26,254 bases of DNA from a virus. Lineage: Duplodnaviria > Caudoviricetes. The DNA lies in IMG/VR virus record IMGVR_UViG_3300047564_003057, positions 1 to 26,254 of that record; one strand, 5' to 3'. Below are positions 23,864-26,254 of this stretch, piece after piece. Below the pieces are notes generated by a model. It was not told where the DNA came from, searched no databases, and saw only the letters and a program-made list of their open reading frames with translations. Every line of letters starts with the position of its first letter. Position 1 is the first letter of the stretch. The position numbers and the translations under genes are program-made.

Positions 23864-24484
23864 ATGGCTACATACAGAACTATTTCAGGATTTAAATCTG
23901 CCTTATCTGGAGGTGGAGCAAGACCTAACCTATTTGAAGTAACTATTCCAGCATTTCCTGCCGGTATTGGTTGGGATGATGAAGAATTTAACTTTATGTG
24001 TAAGGCAGCAGCTCTGCCTGCTTCAAATATGGCTCCAATCGAAGTTCCTTTTAGAGGAAGAATCTTCAAGGTTGCTGGAGACAGAACATTTGATACTTGG
24101 ACTGTTACCGTTATTAACGATGAAGATTTCATTCTAAGAAGTTCATTTGAAAAATGGATGAACTTGATGAGCAAACTCGATAACAACACTGGCGCAACCA
24201 ACCCATTTTTTTACATGGTAAATGCTAATGTAAGTCAACTTGGAAGAGGAGCTTCTCAGGGAAGATTCTCTGCAAACAATGACCCATCAGTAGATGTAGT
24301 TAATGGCGGTGCTGCTCCTCCATTAAGAACATATCAATTTATTGATATTTTCCCAACTAATGTATCAGCGATTGATCTTTCATACGAAAGTTCAGATACT
24401 ATTGAAGAGTACACTGTTGAATTCCAGGTTCAGTACTGGACTGCTGGAGCAGTTGCAGATCAAACTGGCGATCTTATTGAGTGA
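23864..24484 (+). CDS. gp19: Tail tube protein
   Basis: GGGARPNLFEV, CKAAALPAS, FRGRIFKVAGDRTFDTWTVT, FPTNVSAIDLS and IEEYTVEFQVQYW. Confidence 0.96.
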   Translation: MATYRTISGFKSALSGGGARPNLFEVTIPAFPAGIGWDDEEFNFMCKAAALPASNMAPIEVPFRGRIFKVAGDRTFDTWTVTVINDEDFILRSSFEKWMNLMSKLDNNTGATNPFFYMVNANVSQLGRGASQGRFSANNDPSVDVVNGGAAPPLRTYQFIDIFPTNVSAIDLSYESSDTIEEYTVEFQVQYWTAGAVADQTGDLIE

Positions 24485-24490
24485 TAAATA
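24483..24490 (+). promoter_or_regulatory. Late promoter-like box (GATAAATA) before the portal gene
   Basis: One mismatch to TATAAATA, overlapping the gp19 stop codon. Confidence 0.65.
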
Positions 24491-24518
24491 GTAAAGATAA
24501 AATCTTTAGAATTTAATT

Positions 24519-26171
24519 ATGGCAAAACTTTTTGGTTTTTCTATCGAAGATAGTAAGCCAGAATCAAAAACGGCATTATCCCCCGTTCCCGTTAATAGCG
24601 AGGACGGGGTTGACCATTATTTGAGTTCTGGTTTTTTTGGTACATCTATAGATATTGAAGGTGTCTATAGAAGTGAAAATGAATTAATTCGGAAGTATAG
24701 AGAAATGGCACTTCATCCAGAAGTGGACAGTGCCATTGAAGATATCGTTAATGAGGCAATTGTTTCCGATTCGGATGATTCTCCTGTTCAGATAGAATTA
24801 TCAAATTTAAATGCAAGTGAAAGTCTTAAGAAAAAGATTAGAGAAGAATTTAAAACTGTTCTGCAACTTTTAGATTTTAATAAAAAGTGTCACGAAATTT
24901 ATAGAAATTGGTACATTGATGGAAGACTTTATTATCACAAAGTTATTGACATAAAGAATCCAAACGAAGGAATTCAAGAATTACGGTATATTGATGCTTT
25001 AAAAATTAGATATGTAAGGCATCAAAAGAGAGAAAAAAATAATTCAAATAATATTGGTGTTAAAAATAATTCCAATTTGGAGTTAGCATTTCCAAAAATA
25101 GAAGAGTATTTTATATACACACCAAAAGGAAATGATAAGTCAGGAACAATTTCCTCATTTTCTGATGGTAGTATAAAGTTCGCAAAAGATTCTATCACAT
25201 ACTGTACATCTGGTCTTGTTGATAGGAATAGGGGAATTTGTTTATCATATTTAAATAAGGCAATCAAGTCCCTAAATCAACTGAGAATGATTGAAGACTC
25301 TTTGGTCATTTACAGACTTTCAAGAGCACCAGAAAGAAGAATTTTTTATATTGATGTAGGCAATCTTCCAAAGGTAAAAGCAGAGCAATATCTCCGCGAT
25401 GTGATGATGCGTTATCGTAATAAATTGGTTTACGATTCTGCTACTGGCGAGATTCGTGATGATAAAAAGAATATGAGTATGCTTGAAGATTTTTGGCTTC
25501 CTCGCCGTGAAGGTGGAAGAGGAACTGAAATCTCAACACTTCCAGGTGGACAGAATCTTGGAGAATTAACCGATGTAGATTATTTCAAAAAGAAATTATA
25601 TCGTTCTCTAAATGTTCCTCCAACAAGAATGGAAGGTGAGGGTGGTTTTAATCTGGGTCGTTCATCAGAAATTTTAAGAGACGAACTTAAGTTTACTAAG
25701 TTTGTTGGAAGATTGAGAATGAGATTCTCAAATATGTTTAGTGATATTTTAAGAACGCAGTTGATTTTGAAGAATATAATCACTCCCGAAGATTGGGAGA
25801 TTATGCAAGAACATATTCAATATGACTTCTTGTATGATAATCATTTTTCAGAACTTAAAGATTCGGAATTACTCACTGAAAGATTAAATCTAGTTGCTAC
25901 GGCAGAACCTTATATTGGAAAGTATTACTCTCAAGATTATGTAAGACGTAAAATTTTACGCCAAACTGATCAAGAGATTATTGATCAAGATAAGCAGATT
26001 GAATATGAAATTGAGAATGGAATCATTCCAGATCCAAATGCTCCGATGGAAGGAGATATGGGTGGAGGAGATATGGGAGCTGCAGGAATGGATCTGGGTG
26101 CTCCGATTACAGAACCTGATGCCGAACCACAATCTAAAGTTGTTGAACCTCCCAAGGGTGGTGAGATATAA
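24519..26171 (+). CDS. gp20: Portal vertex protein
   Basis: YREMALHPEVDSAIEDIVNE, WYIDGR, RAPERRIFYIDVGNLP, EDFWLPRREGGRGTEI and EILRDELKF. Confidence 0.97.
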   Translation: MAKLFGFSIEDSKPESKTALSPVPVNSEDGVDHYLSSGFFGTSIDIEGVYRSENELIRKYREMALHPEVDSAIEDIVNEAIVSDSDDSPVQIELSNLNASESLKKKIREEFKTVLQLLDFNKKCHEIYRNWYIDGRLYYHKVIDIKNPNEGIQELRYIDALKIRYVRHQKREKNNSNNIGVKNNSNLELAFPKIEEYFIYTPKGNDKSGTISSFSDGSIKFAKDSITYCTSGLVDRNRGICLSYLNKAIKSLNQLRMIEDSLVIYRLSRAPERRIFYIDVGNLPKVKAEQYLRDVMMRYRNKLVYDSATGEIRDDKKNMSMLEDFWLPRREGGRGTEISTLPGGQNLGELTDVDYFKKKLYRSLNVPPTRMEGEGGFNLGRSSEILRDELKFTKFVGRLRMRFSNMFSDILRTQLILKNIITPEDWEIMQEHIQYDFLYDNHFSELKDSELLTERLNLVATAEPYIGKYYSQDYVRRKILRQTDQEIIDQDKQIEYEIENGIIPDPNAPMEGDMGGGDMGAAGMDLGAPITEPDAEPQSKVVEPPKGGEI

Positions 26172-26174
26172 ATA
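26167..26174 (+). promoter_or_regulatory. Perfect T4 late promoter box TATAAATA overlapping the portal stop codon
   Basis: Exact match ending 23 nt before ATG 26198. Confidence 0.78.
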
Positions 26175-26197
26175 ACTACAAATTAACTTTTATTTTT

Positions 26198-26254
26198 ATG
26201 GAAGAACTTATGGATATGATTGTGACTGATGAGTCTCCATCACAAATTAGCGAC
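26198..26254 (+). CDS. 5' fragment of the small acidic gene after the portal (gp67 position), truncated by the window end
   Basis: ATG 26198 reads MEELMDMIVTDESPSQISD to the window edge and follows a late promoter box. Confidence 0.65.
   Translation, partial: MEELMDMIVTDESPSQISD

Noticed and set aside
19445-26171. Intein, intron or frameshift in terminase, tube or portal
   Set aside because: The ORFs are continuous, of normal length, and have their motifs in the expected order.
8826-26175. Remaining 60-120 aa antisense or off-frame ORFs inside the cluster and gp17-gp20
   Set aside because: They are largely nested in well-supported genes and have no motifs or expression signals.
1-26254. 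tRNA, rRNA or strong intrinsic terminators
   Set aside because: Intergenic gaps are at most about 115 nt and AT-rich, with no cloverleaf or GC-rich stem followed by a U-tract.

Overview
This is a late (virion) gene region of a T4-like myovirus, most likely cyanophage-like (inferred from gene order and small linker genes; the host is not provable from this window). All credible genes are on the + strand. From the left: (1) a giant fibre gene that is open from before base 1 to 6137 (>2040 aa; the ORF track start at 2502 is an internal TTG). It has five proline-free collagen-like Gly-X-Y blocks, two duplicated globular domains and a C-terminal S74-type intramolecular chaperone. (2) An 850-aa adhesin-like protein in which a LamG-like domain is split by an apparently circularly permuted insert. 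(3) A small tail-fibre-assembly-like gene. (4) An AT-rich, tightly packed cluster of about 8.9 kb encoding a beta-propeller glyco-enzyme, five glycosyltransferase-like domains, four methyltransferase domains, a TPR region and a 2OG-Fe(II) oxygenase. (5) A mosaic 524-aa protein that looks like a protease-processed polyprotein. (6) The core genes gp17 (large terminase), gp18 (sheath), gp19 (tube) and gp20 (portal), plus the start of the next gene. T4-type late promoter boxes (TATAAATA or close variants) lie at several gene junctions. The best candidate for an undescribed system is the coupling of the Thr/Gln collagen fibre and adhesin to its own glycan synthesis and methylation cluster. All family calls come from motifs read by eye; no database searches were run.
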